Shown piece by piece: positions 1-8,940 of a stretch of 64,000 nucleotides of DNA (positions within the stretch are counted from its first letter, which is position 1; every line of letters starts with the position of its first letter). The notes under the pieces are model-generated. The model saw only the letters and a list, made by a program, of their open reading frames with translations, was not told the origin of the DNA and searched no databases. Source of the stretch: Anaerotignum sp. (lineage in GTDB: Bacteria; Bacillota; Clostridia; Lachnospirales; Anaerotignaceae); contig JAHHTW010000004.1 of the NCBI GenBank assembly GCA_020024265.1, positions 11,931 through 75,930 of the forward strand, read 5' to 3'. The translations under genes and the position numbers were made by a program.

Positions 1-59
1 TCTGTATGAAATTGATGGATATTCCATGCGTTGGAAAGGCAGGAATTGACTGTATTTTC

Positions 60-88
60 TTGCAGTATGATACGCATTGTAGTATAAT
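60..88 (+). promoter_or_regulatory. sigma-A type promoter for the first operon
   Basis: TTGCAG-17 bp-TATAAT about 50 bp upstream of the ATG at 138. Confidence 0.6.
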
Positions 89-137
89 TTATAAATAGGA
101 AAGAACAAACAGATGAAAAAGAAAGTGGGTATACAAT

Positions 138-554
138 ATGGATGAGTCCACCGTAGTATTGATGCAGAAAAATACCGAAAGCGGTTTATTGGAAAAAGAA
201 TTGGGTTGTTATACAGTAGAAGGCAATACAGCATTGCTGCGCCAGATTTATGCACAGCAAGAAGAGGCTGGGATGATGGTGCATCTTTTTCTGACCTGTG
301 ATCGTGAGATTGAGGATTGGGAATACGAAGCAATTTTTGATTATTATGATATGGATGCATTGTCCAAATGGTTAGGAAATATGCAGGAGGTTGAGGGAAG
401 CTACCATCCCATATGGTCAGGTGTATTTGTCTATCCAGAAGAAACAGAGCCTATGGAAGCATATCTGACAGCTGTATTACAGGCACATGAAGCAGAGCTT
501 GCATCGGTTTATGAAGCCATTGCAGATAAAAAGGATGATTATTGTGAAACATAA
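138..554 (+). CDS. acidic conserved clostridial hypothetical protein (DUF6762-like)
   Basis: 138-aa ORF; EKELGCY and D.EYEAIFDYYD motifs resemble a conserved clostridial family. Confidence 0.6.
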   Translation: MDESTVVLMQKNTESGLLEKELGCYTVEGNTALLRQIYAQQEEAGMMVHLFLTCDREIEDWEYEAIFDYYDMDALSKWLGNMQEVEGSYHPIWSGVFVYPEETEPMEAYLTAVLQAHEAELASVYEAIADKKDDYCET

Positions 555-1869
555 AAAAGGTGCGTTCCTTTGTTTGTGGGTATACATATTTGCACTGTTT
601 TGTGGTGGTTGTGCGATATTGGAACAAAATGATACACAACATGTAAACAGTATGACTACAATATCCGATGATGGAAAACCAGAAGATCCCATACCAGATG
701 TATCTGTATCCGAAGAACAGAAGCCACAAACAGAAATGGTGGGAGCTCCATCACAAGAGCAAGTATCCAGTGTTGTTTTGGATGTGTATACGGAAAAAAC
801 AGAGCTGAAAAAGAAAAAACAACAGAAAAAAGAACCCAGTAAGCCGATCTTTGTCCCCGAATCTCCACAGCCAATCATAGAAAATAGACCGTTTTGGCAA
901 AGTGAAAATAATAAGCAATATCAAAATTTGAAAGCAGTAGCTGCTGCTGCACAATCTGCTTATGATGATATTGGAAGTCAGGCAGGATGGATTTCAAAAA
1001 ATGGGAAGCTGTATTCATACTATACACAAAGCTACATTACAACAGACGCACTGGTAAGCAGTGGATATCTGGAGGAGGGGCTTTGCGATACAGACTATGA
1101 AATTCTGCTGGTCAATGGCAGAGATGTTGCACAAATTCTGGGGGTAGAGGTACCATCAGAATATTTGAAGTTTTCCGTTTTTGCATCCTGCAAAGCCGAG
1201 GATGGTCAGGTGTTGTTGGCTTGTGCAACGGACAAGATTGGACGAATCACATCGGTAAATTATTTGGGTTTATTGACACAATACAATCAGGCACATGGTC
1301 AAATTGGTCGGTTGTCATCTTCATCGGCAGAATATAGCCGTATATTGAATTTTGTGGGTCTGTATGAAGGCAAACTGGAGGATTTTTTTGTACGAGAAAT
1401 CAAGAAGGATAATGTATATGCCGTGGTTACATTTTCCACCAGAAAAAATACTGCAAATGTCAAACAACATATTTTACGCAACGACAATGATTTTTGGGAA
1501 GTGGTATATACCGATTTACAAAATATATACAATCCTATTACAAGTGTCAATCGTGCATTGCCGGACTTTAATTTAGACCTTTTGCCATCCTATCAATTGT
1601 CAGCATGGAAAAATTCCTTGTATCAGAAAAACGATGCATTGCTCAATATATGGCTGCAAAGAAGAATCATCAAGGATCCTTCTGATATTTATTATCAGTG
1701 TGGAACCAGCCAATATTTTTATATGGTACGAAATGACAAAGCACGTTTTGTATGCCATTTGGTAAACGGTGCTTGGCAAATTGTCAATATTGACAGTGAT
1801 TATGCAGCAAGGAACTTTATTTCTGCACGTACGGGAGAAGATTATGGTTTCATGATATTAGATGATTAA
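544..1869 (+). CDS. putative lipoprotein of unknown function
   Basis: GTG at 544 after AAGGATG; basic N-terminus, hydrophobic stretch and lipobox-like FCGG-C; P/E/K-rich linker followed by a globular domain. Confidence 0.65.
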   Translation: MKHKKGAFLCLWVYIFALFCGGCAILEQNDTQHVNSMTTISDDGKPEDPIPDVSVSEEQKPQTEMVGAPSQEQVSSVVLDVYTEKTELKKKKQQKKEPSKPIFVPESPQPIIENRPFWQSENNKQYQNLKAVAAAAQSAYDDIGSQAGWISKNGKLYSYYTQSYITTDALVSSGYLEEGLCDTDYEILLVNGRDVAQILGVEVPSEYLKFSVFASCKAEDGQVLLACATDKIGRITSVNYLGLLTQYNQAHGQIGRLSSSSAEYSRILNFVGLYEGKLEDFFVREIKKDNVYAVVTFSTRKNTANVKQHILRNDNDFWEVVYTDLQNIYNPITSVNRALPDFNLDLLPSYQLSAWKNSLYQKNDALLNIWLQRRIIKDPSDIYYQCGTSQYFYMVRNDKARFVCHLVNGAWQIVNIDSDYAARNFISARTGEDYGFMILDD

Positions 1870-1883
1870 ATGGGGATGATAAA

Positions 1884-2381
1884 ATGAAAAAAACGGCAGG
1901 AGAAAACAACAAAACAAATGCCATGCGCCAGCTGGAAACAGAAGGTATCCCTTATCGTACGGTGTCCTATGAATATGAGGAAGGAAGTCATGCGGGTTTA
2001 CATGCAGCAAAACAGGTTGGAATACCGGCAGAGCAGGTATTTAAGACATTAATTACAAGAGGGGACAAAACAGGTATTTTTGTGTTTTGTATTCCTGTCA
2101 ATATGGAATTGGACTTGAAAAAAGCGGCCGCTGTATCGAAAAATAAAAAGCTGGAAATGACGCATGTCAAAGAACTGTTGGACTTGACAGGATATATCCG
2201 TGGAGGATGTTCCCCGATTGGCATGAAAAAGAAATACCCTACCATCATTGACGAAACAGCAATATTGTTTGATGAAATTGCGGTCAGTGCAGGGGTACGT
2301 GGGAAACAAATTATACTTTCTCCTGAAGCATTGATTCGATTTTTGCATGCCGAGGAGGCGGATGTGACAAAAGAAATGTAA
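1884..2381 (+). CDS. ybaK: Cys-tRNA(Pro) deacylase YbaK/EbsC
   Basis: KTNAMRQL, VFKTL, TGYIRGGCSPIG and SAGVRG motifs. Confidence 0.93.
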   Translation: MKKTAGENNKTNAMRQLETEGIPYRTVSYEYEEGSHAGLHAAKQVGIPAEQVFKTLITRGDKTGIFVFCIPVNMELDLKKAAAVSKNKKLEMTHVKELLDLTGYIRGGCSPIGMKKKYPTIIDETAILFDEIAVSAGVRGKQIILSPEALIRFLHAEEADVTKEM

Positions 2382-2402
2382 GCGGGGCATCCAGCAAACA
2401 AG

Positions 2403-2441
2403 AAAAAAAGAAGCGCTCATAGTGAGGGCTTCTTTTTTTTT
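2403..2441. terminator. bidirectional intrinsic terminator
   Basis: A-tract, GAAGCGCTCA/TGAGGGCTTC stem, T-tract, between convergent genes. Confidence 0.8.
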
Positions 2442-2556
2442 GCACGATTTATCAAACCAAGCATATGATGCATTACAATCTGCTTTGTTTGCCGCGATCA
2501 GACAACTCCTTATCAATCAGATGCCATAGGTCGCTATGATGGCACAGAACAGAGAA

Positions 2557-2961
2557 TCAATTAAGTTTGTATTCTGTTTCGGATTGTGCCACATATAGGG
2601 GTGTAGATTCCGAAGATTCGTTATCATTCTGTTGTTTGTTGATAAGAAATTCCATAAATAACAGAGCCAGTTGGCGGCTGTTGGGGTTTAGTTGTGTGTA
2701 ATAGGACTGAAAATGCTGAAAATCTTCTGAATCTTCATCCGTAGCATATGGGCGACGGACATTCGTGACACCCAAAAGATAATCCAGAGATACATCAAAT
2801 ATAGATGCAATTTTTTTGAGGTCAGCGATTGCGGGCTGGTTGCGACCAGATTCATAGTTGGCAATTGCAGTATAGCCATAGTTGAGCATTTCGCCTAGCT
2901 TGATTTGTGTCAGTTTTTTTTCTTTGCGAAGGATTTTCAATCGAGTTTTAAATTCCTGCAT
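2557..2961 (-). CDS. XRE-family helix-turn-helix regulator
   Basis: RLKILRKEKKLTQ..LGEML...AIANYESGRNQP...VSLDYLLG Cro/C1 HTH; SD GAGGTG. Confidence 0.92.
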   Translation of the reverse strand: MQEFKTRLKILRKEKKLTQIKLGEMLNYGYTAIANYESGRNQPAIADLKKIASIFDVSLDYLLGVTNVRRPYATDEDSEDFQHFQSYYTQLNPNSRQLALLFMEFLINKQQNDNESSESTPLYVAQSETEYKLN

Positions 2962-3410
2962 ATTTTTTCACCTCATGTCGCAGAATTTTATGGAATCATA
3001 CGGATGCTCTACTTGTTGCTGTAAATGGTACAAAAGCTATGGAAAATCGAACATCATATCCATATGATTTCATATGTTTTTTCATTCGTATTTTTACAGT
3101 AAAATCACATATCAATCCAAGTACATATCCAAGTTCTCAATAGCAGCAGATCATAAAAAGAATACAAGAGCAGTGCAGGCTTTGTCAGGATTGGTACAAA
3201 AACATGTTATTACATGGCATATATACAAAGTATAAAACAATATGTGATTTTAATGTGTATCAAAAAGCAAGTTCGTATACATAATTATTATAGAGGCATT
3301 TCGATATAGAGAAAAGTCAATGCCACAGATAACAAGAAAAGAATTTCAAATATCATTAATTGTGAAGCAATGGACGTGCAGTATTTTATAAAAAAATTTT
3401 GTTTTGATAC

Positions 3411-3439
3411 TTGACAGTTTTGCAAAATCGTGGTAAATT
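3411..3439 (+). promoter_or_regulatory. sigma-A promoter of iscS-iscU
   Basis: TTGACA-17 bp-TAAATT with TG extension. Confidence 0.65.
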
Positions 3440-3503
3440 AAAATCACATAATGCATATAAGTTTACTATGATATATAAAAGAGGATATAGGGAGGAACAG
3501 AAT

Positions 3504-4673
3504 ATGAAAACAAAGATATATATGGATCATGCAGCAACAACTCCGGTTCGTCCGGAGGTATTGCAGGAAATACTTCCGTATTTTACAGAATACTATGGCA
3601 ATGCATCTGGGATTTATGGCATTGCAAAAGAAAGCAAAAAGGCTTTGGAAAAAGCAAGGGAGCAGGTAGCAGCAGGCATTGGTGCGAAGGCATCTGAAAT
3701 ATATTTTACAGCAGGTGGCTCTGAAAGTGATAATATGGCATTGCGGGGTGTTGCACAAGCACGCAGACAAAAAGGCAACCATATCATCACAACAAAGATT
3801 GAGCATCATGCTATTTTGCATACCTGTGAGTATTTGGAAAAAAATGGATACGATGTAACATATCTGGATGTGGATACAGATGGTAAAATCAGATTGGACG
3901 ATTTGAAAGCAGCCATTCGTCCGGAAACCATTTTGATTTCTGTAATGTTTGCAAACAATGAAATTGGTACCATTGAGCCCATCGCAGAGATTGGTCAGAT
4001 CGCAAGAGAAAAAGGAATTTATTTTCATACAGATGCAGTACAAGCCATGGGGCATGTAGAGATTGATGTGGACAAGATGCAGATTGACCTGCTTTCCATC
4101 AGTGGGCATAAGCTTGGGGCACCAAAGGGCATTGGTGCAATCTATATCCGCAGTGGAATTCAAGTATCTCCTTTGATTTTTGGTGGAGCACAGGAAAGAA
4201 AAATGCGTGCAGGCACAGAGAATATTCCGGGTATCGTTGGTCTTGGAAAGGCAGTAGAGCTGGCAGTTGCAGAGCTGCCTGAAACAAAAGAAAGACTGGA
4301 AAAAATGCGTGATCGCCTGATTTCCGGTATATTGGAAAACATTCCGCACAGCAGACTCAATGGACATCCTACAGATCGCCTTCCGGGCAACTGCAATGTT
4401 TCCTTTGAATTTATCGAAGGGGAATCCATGCTTTTGCTTTTGGATGCATTGGGCGTAGCGGCTTCCAGCGGTTCCGCTTGTACCTCCGGTTCTTTAGATC
4501 CCTCTCATGTATTGCTTGCCATTGGCTTACCACATGAAAAGGCACATGGTTCTTTGCGCTTGACACTGGACATGGATAATACAGAAGAAGATATTGATTT
4601 TGTGCTGGAAAAATTACCGCCATTGGTAGCACGCTTGAGAGAAATGTCACCTTTGGGACATGACGCAGAATAA
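3504..4673 (+). CDS. iscS: cysteine desulfurase IscS/NifS
   Basis: YMDHAATT, HTDAVQA, SGHK PLP lysine, SSGSACTS catalytic Cys; SD GGAGG before ATG 3504. Confidence 0.96.
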   Translation: MKTKIYMDHAATTPVRPEVLQEILPYFTEYYGNASGIYGIAKESKKALEKAREQVAAGIGAKASEIYFTAGGSESDNMALRGVAQARRQKGNHIITTKIEHHAILHTCEYLEKNGYDVTYLDVDTDGKIRLDDLKAAIRPETILISVMFANNEIGTIEPIAEIGQIAREKGIYFHTDAVQAMGHVEIDVDKMQIDLLSISGHKLGAPKGIGAIYIRSGIQVSPLIFGGAQERKMRAGTENIPGIVGLGKAVELAVAELPETKERLEKMRDRLISGILENIPHSRLNGHPTDRLPGNCNVSFEFIEGESMLLLLDALGVAASSGSACTSGSLDPSHVLLAIGLPHEKAHGSLRLTLDMDNTEEDIDFVLEKLPPLVARLREMSPLGHDAE

Positions 4674-4724
4674 GAGAAGGATAAAAAATAAAAATACTGT
4701 GATTGATTGAGGAGGAACAACATT

Positions 4725-5156
4725 ATGGAATACAGCGAAAAGGTTATGGATCATTTTATGAATCCCAGAAACATAGGAGAAATAGAAGATGCGAGTGGTG
4801 TTGGACTGGTAGGCAATGCAAAATGTGGGGATATCATGAAGGTATACCTTCAGATTGAAGACGGCATCATCAAAGATGCAAAATTCCGCACATTTGGCTG
4901 TGGTGCTGCTGTAGCAACCAGCTCTATGGCAACAGAACTGGTAAAGGGTAAGAATATACAGGAAGCGTTGCAAGTAACCAATAAAGCGGTTATGGAGGCT
5001 CTGGATGGTTTGCCGCCGGTAAAGGTGCATTGTTCCTGTCTTGCAGAGGAAGCACTGCATGCAGCATTGTGGGACTATGCAAAGAAGAACAATATTGTGA
5101 TCGAGGGTTTGAAAGAACCTGTGCAGGACATTGATGAACTGCATCATCATCAATAA
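4725..5156 (+). CDS. iscU: Fe-S cluster scaffold IscU/NifU
   Basis: YSEKVMDHFMNPRN, CGD, FGCG and KVHCS give the three conserved Cys. Confidence 0.96.
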   Translation: MEYSEKVMDHFMNPRNIGEIEDASGVGLVGNAKCGDIMKVYLQIEDGIIKDAKFRTFGCGAAVATSSMATELVKGKNIQEALQVTNKAVMEALDGLPPVKVHCSCLAEEALHAALWDYAKKNNIVIEGLKEPVQDIDELHHHQ

Positions 5157-5637
5157 GCACAGTACGTGTCAAAATATAGGCGTTTTATTTGGTTACGCAT
5201 GCATATAAAGCATCCGTTTTCATAGCTGTAACATGAAGACAGTTTGAAGCTTTGTGTATATGCATACAAAGATTTTTGGATATGAGGACGAAGGGAAGGG
5301 CAGAACCGGATTTTACAGGTTCTGCCCTACTTATATTATCATGCAGTTTCCGAAAATGTCAAGCATGGCACACCCAGAAAGCTCCATTTCGGTCAGAAGC
5401 AATTCTTATATGGAAAGGTTTTTTCAAAAAAGATCCGGATGGGGAGGTCTGTGAATTCAGTTCTGACAATGCGTACTCCGTTTTGTGAAAAGGAAAACCG
5501 GTTTTGTGCAAACATATATAGTATGGATCCTTGTGTATGTGCTTCAAAAAATATTCATGTGGATGTATTTCGGCATTTTAGGAAATGTTCATATGGCTTG
5601 GATATGGATGCTACTTTCCGCAGATACCACGTTTTTC

Positions 5638-5665
5638 TTGCGCAATCAAAAAAATGTGATATAAT
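5638..5665 (+). promoter_or_regulatory. sigma-A promoter of the SLH/CAP gene
   Basis: TTGCGC-16 bp-TATAAT with extended -10 TG. Confidence 0.6.
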
Positions 5666-5755
5666 GAATGGAATGATATTTGGGGTGAAGAAGAAAGCGT
5701 TGCATCAGAAAAATGCAAAGACAATGAAATCAATCAAAAGAAGGAGTGAACCGAA

Positions 5756-7177
5756 ATGAAACGACTGTCTGTTTTGACAGCTGCTGCTGTATGTACGTTC
5801 AGCCTGAGTGTCCCAACATTTGCAGCAACAACAACGGCTTCGCCTTGGGCAGTAGGAATTATGCAACGGGGTTATGACAAGGGGTTTGTAACCGATTCTA
5901 TGATGATGAGTGCAAAGGAACATATTACAAGAATTGGTTTTGCAAAAATGTTGGTGCGTTTTTATGAACATGCAACTGGTACTTTTGCACCACAGCCCGA
6001 AAAAAATCCATTTACAGATTGTAAAGATCCGGACGTATTGGCAGCCTATGCTTTGGGTATTATTGGTGGTGTAGAGGAAGGGCGTTTTGCGCCGGAGCGT
6101 TCTTTGACAAGAGAACAAATGTGTATCATGCTGGTGCGTACATTGGAAAAATGCGGTGTAAACATGTCCGAGTATCGCAAAGAAACACCTTTTTCCGATG
6201 TGAAAACATTGCTTTCTCGCACCCAAACACATATTGAATTGGCATATGGTGCAGGTCTGGTATCCGGTTATGATCATCAGACATTTTCACCCAAAAAAGT
6301 ATTGAGCATACAGGAAGCGGTCAGATCCTTTATGACAATGTATGATTTTTATGATGCCTTTGCACAGGATATGACAGCACAAGGAACATTGAGATTTGGA
6401 AACAAAGCAGTTTCCTTGCTGCAAACACCGGCAGAAGTGGAAAAAGTATGGGGAGCGCCAAAGCGCATAGATACTTTGAGCAATGGATTGGTACGTTACG
6501 TATATGCCCCCACAGAAGCACAGTATCTTTTGTTGACATTTGAAAACAATCGGTTGGTACAGATTTTTACACCAAACAGAGATTTTACACATATGGATAT
6601 TCAAGGGACATACTCTGCCGCACAGCTGCCTAAGGATTATATATTGGACACATATAAAAATATTGCGGTTTTGCATGGTCCGCAAACAAAGGCAGATCTT
6701 ATTTTGGACTATAATCATGAAGTATGCGGGGCATTTTTGCAAACACAGTCTTACGCAGAGAATATCTCTCGTATGAGTGTCATGTCAGAGGAGGATTGTG
6801 CTTTGCTGGAAAATGAGATGTTTGAGCTGATCAATGCAAAGCGTGCAGAAAGGGGATTGAAGCAGCTGAAGCTGGATCAAAAACTGGTACAAACTGCGCA
6901 GGCGCATAGCACAGATATGGTAAAGCACAGCTACTTTGATTATACCAATCAAAAAGGTGAAAATGCATTTGACCGTATGCAAGCAGGCGGTGTACAATTT
7001 ATGATGGCAACAGAAGTGATTGTGAAGCAAATTGGTGAGATTCCACAATTGTACGCAGAAATTATGGGCTATGCAGCACGTAGCCATAATATATTGGATC
7101 AAACAATGGAGCGTGTGGGTATTGGTGCAGCAAATCAAGGCGCTATAAATAATATGACGATTGATTTGTGTATTTAA
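5756..7177 (+). CDS. secreted S-layer-homology (SLH) protein with C-terminal CAP (SCP) domain
   Basis: signal peptide; SLH motifs FTD...GIIGG...F.P...LTREQ and FSD...GLVSG...FSP; CAP motif ELINAKRAERGL..L...AQAHSTDM. Confidence 0.85.
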   Translation: MKRLSVLTAAAVCTFSLSVPTFAATTTASPWAVGIMQRGYDKGFVTDSMMMSAKEHITRIGFAKMLVRFYEHATGTFAPQPEKNPFTDCKDPDVLAAYALGIIGGVEEGRFAPERSLTREQMCIMLVRTLEKCGVNMSEYRKETPFSDVKTLLSRTQTHIELAYGAGLVSGYDHQTFSPKKVLSIQEAVRSFMTMYDFYDAFAQDMTAQGTLRFGNKAVSLLQTPAEVEKVWGAPKRIDTLSNGLVRYVYAPTEAQYLLLTFENNRLVQIFTPNRDFTHMDIQGTYSAAQLPKDYILDTYKNIAVLHGPQTKADLILDYNHEVCGAFLQTQSYAENISRMSVMSEEDCALLENEMFELINAKRAERGLKQLKLDQKLVQTAQAHSTDMVKHSYFDYTNQKGENAFDRMQAGGVQFMMATEVIVKQIGEIPQLYAEIMGYAARSHNILDQTMERVGIGAANQGAINNMTIDLCI

Positions 7178-7196
7178 GAAATATGGTGAGAATGGA

Positions 7197-7227
7197 AAAG
7201 TCGCATAGGGTTATGCGGCTTTTTTTG
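7197..7227 (+). terminator. intrinsic terminator
   Basis: AAAAGTCGCATA/TATGCGGCTTTT stem plus T-tract. Confidence 0.8.
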
Positions 7228-7244
7228 TGGGTATAACCAAATAA

Positions 7245-7601
7245 AAAACCCCAGCTATGCCGGGGGAATCAAGGGACTTCAGCTTTAAGCAAAACAATAG
7301 TGTCGGATGTGGGGAATTGTATTGTATTTCCCCCATCCGAGCTTCCTTTGCCGTTTTATGAAGCAAAAAGGACTTTTGGACATTGCCCCAAGTCCCACAA
7401 GCTTTTGAAAAAGCTTGCGCAAAACTTTCCTATTACGAAATCACGATGCGATACAACAACGGCGAAATTTCAAAAATAGAATTGTTACCATTTTTATGGC
7501 AGCATTGTATATGGTACAAGAGAAGTTTTTTCATGCATTCAAGTACATCAGATAAAATCCCTGTGATAGAGCAGAGAAAACCACCCGCTAAACGGGATGG
7601 T
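7245..7601. mobile_element. non-autonomous IS200/IS605-like remnant (PATE/MITE) with internal REP-like hairpins
   Basis: end hairpins CCCCAGCTATGCCGGGG (7249-7265) and ACCACCCGCTAAACGGGATGGT (7580-7601); internal palindrome CAAGCTTTTGAAAAAGCTTG; no transposase ORF. Confidence 0.5.
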
Positions 7602-7615
7602 AGGGATGTATCATA

Positions 7616-8755
7616 TTATTTTGTGTTTCGTGGTGGTCTTGGCCCTTCAAATTGATAATAGTCTGTTTTGATACGACCATTGAATAATTTTCTCTTTTTG
7701 TCTGCTTTACGTCCAAAGAGTGTTTCAAAATATTCCATAGAGGTGATCAGATAGGTAGACCATGTGGCATCGCTTTGCATGATACCACCAAGCGCACGAT
7801 ACATGTTTTCGACCTCCTTGAGTTCACCCAAACGCTCCCCATAAGGTGGATTGGTAATCATAACACCGTATTCTCCGGGCAGAGTAAGTTCCTGACAGGA
7901 TTTTACAGAAAATGTAATGCAATCGTCTACACCGGCTTTTTCAGCATTTGCCTTTGCAAGCGCAATGGCTTGCGGGTCTATATCACTACCGTAAATCTCA
8001 GGCATGACATCATAATCAATCGCCTGATACGCCGCAATACGTGCTTTTTTCCAAAGATCTGTCCCAATGCGTTCCCAGCCCTCGCAAGCAAACTTGCGAT
8101 GCATTCCGGGGGCAATATTGCGTGCCAGCATGGCTGCTTCAATCGGAATGGTGCCAGAACCACAAAAGGGGTCCAGAAGGATACGGTCTTTTCGCCAAAA
8201 GCTGAGCTGTACCATGGCAGAAGCCAGTGTTTCCTTCAAGGGGGCATCCAGTGCGTTTGCACGATATCCACGCATATGCAGACCTGAGCCGCTGGTATCA
8301 ATCGCAAGGGTTACAACGTCCTTGAGGATACCAACCTGTATGGTATAGGAAGCACCCGTTTCATCAAACCAATCGGTTTTGTATTTTTCCTTTAGCTTTT
8401 CTACAACTGCTTTTTTTACGATTGCCTGACAGTCGGATACACTGAACAATGTGGATTTGACAGACTTTCCAACAACGGTAAACTTGCCATCCTCCGTAAT
8501 CCAGTCGCCCCAAGGCAGTGCTTTTGTCTGATCGAAAAGCTCAGTAAAGGTAACAGCACGAAATGTACCCATTTTGACCCAAATGCGTCCTGCACAGCGT
8601 AACCAGAGATTGGCTTTTACAATATCAGCCTCTGTTCCGGTAAATTCTACCTTACCATCATATGTATGAATGTTTTGAAATCCCAAAGCCTGACATTCTC
8701 GTTTGACAACGGCTTCCAGACCAAATGTGGTTGTTGCAATTAAATCAATCGCCAT
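7616..8755 (-). CDS. THUMP-domain class I SAM-dependent RNA methyltransferase (RlmL/YpsC family)
   Basis: IDTSG..LH.RGYR, APLKETLA, LLDPFCGSGTIPIEAA and TNPPYGER motifs. Confidence 0.92.
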   Translation of the reverse strand: MAIDLIATTTFGLEAVVKRECQALGFQNIHTYDGKVEFTGTEADIVKANLWLRCAGRIWVKMGTFRAVTFTELFDQTKALPWGDWITEDGKFTVVGKSVKSTLFSVSDCQAIVKKAVVEKLKEKYKTDWFDETGASYTIQVGILKDVVTLAIDTSGSGLHMRGYRANALDAPLKETLASAMVQLSFWRKDRILLDPFCGSGTIPIEAAMLARNIAPGMHRKFACEGWERIGTDLWKKARIAAYQAIDYDVMPEIYGSDIDPQAIALAKANAEKAGVDDCITFSVKSCQELTLPGEYGVMITNPPYGERLGELKEVENMYRALGGIMQSDATWSTYLITSMEYFETLFGRKADKKRKLFNGRIKTDYYQFEGPRPPRNTK

Positions 8756-8940
8756 AATATATATTCCTTTCTTTTTGCCGATTTTCTGCATTTATGATAC
8801 GGCACGAAAAGTCCTGCTGTCAAGAACTTTGAGGGATCAAAACGGGTTTTTCTTGAATTTCTGTACAAAACAAGATATGATATTACAGAACAATGGCATT
8901 GCGTTTTTTCGCATATAAAAAAGAAGAAAAGAGGAAGGAT

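Noticed and set aside
5439..5759. 106-aa Cys-rich ORF ending in an ATGA overlap with the SLH gene
   Set aside because: The SD is too close to the GTG, the ORF contains the SLH gene promoter, and it resembles no known family
7383..7655. 90-aa ORF inside the putative IS remnant
   Set aside because: No SD and no HUH or Tyr motif; it is a translation of palindromic repeat DNA
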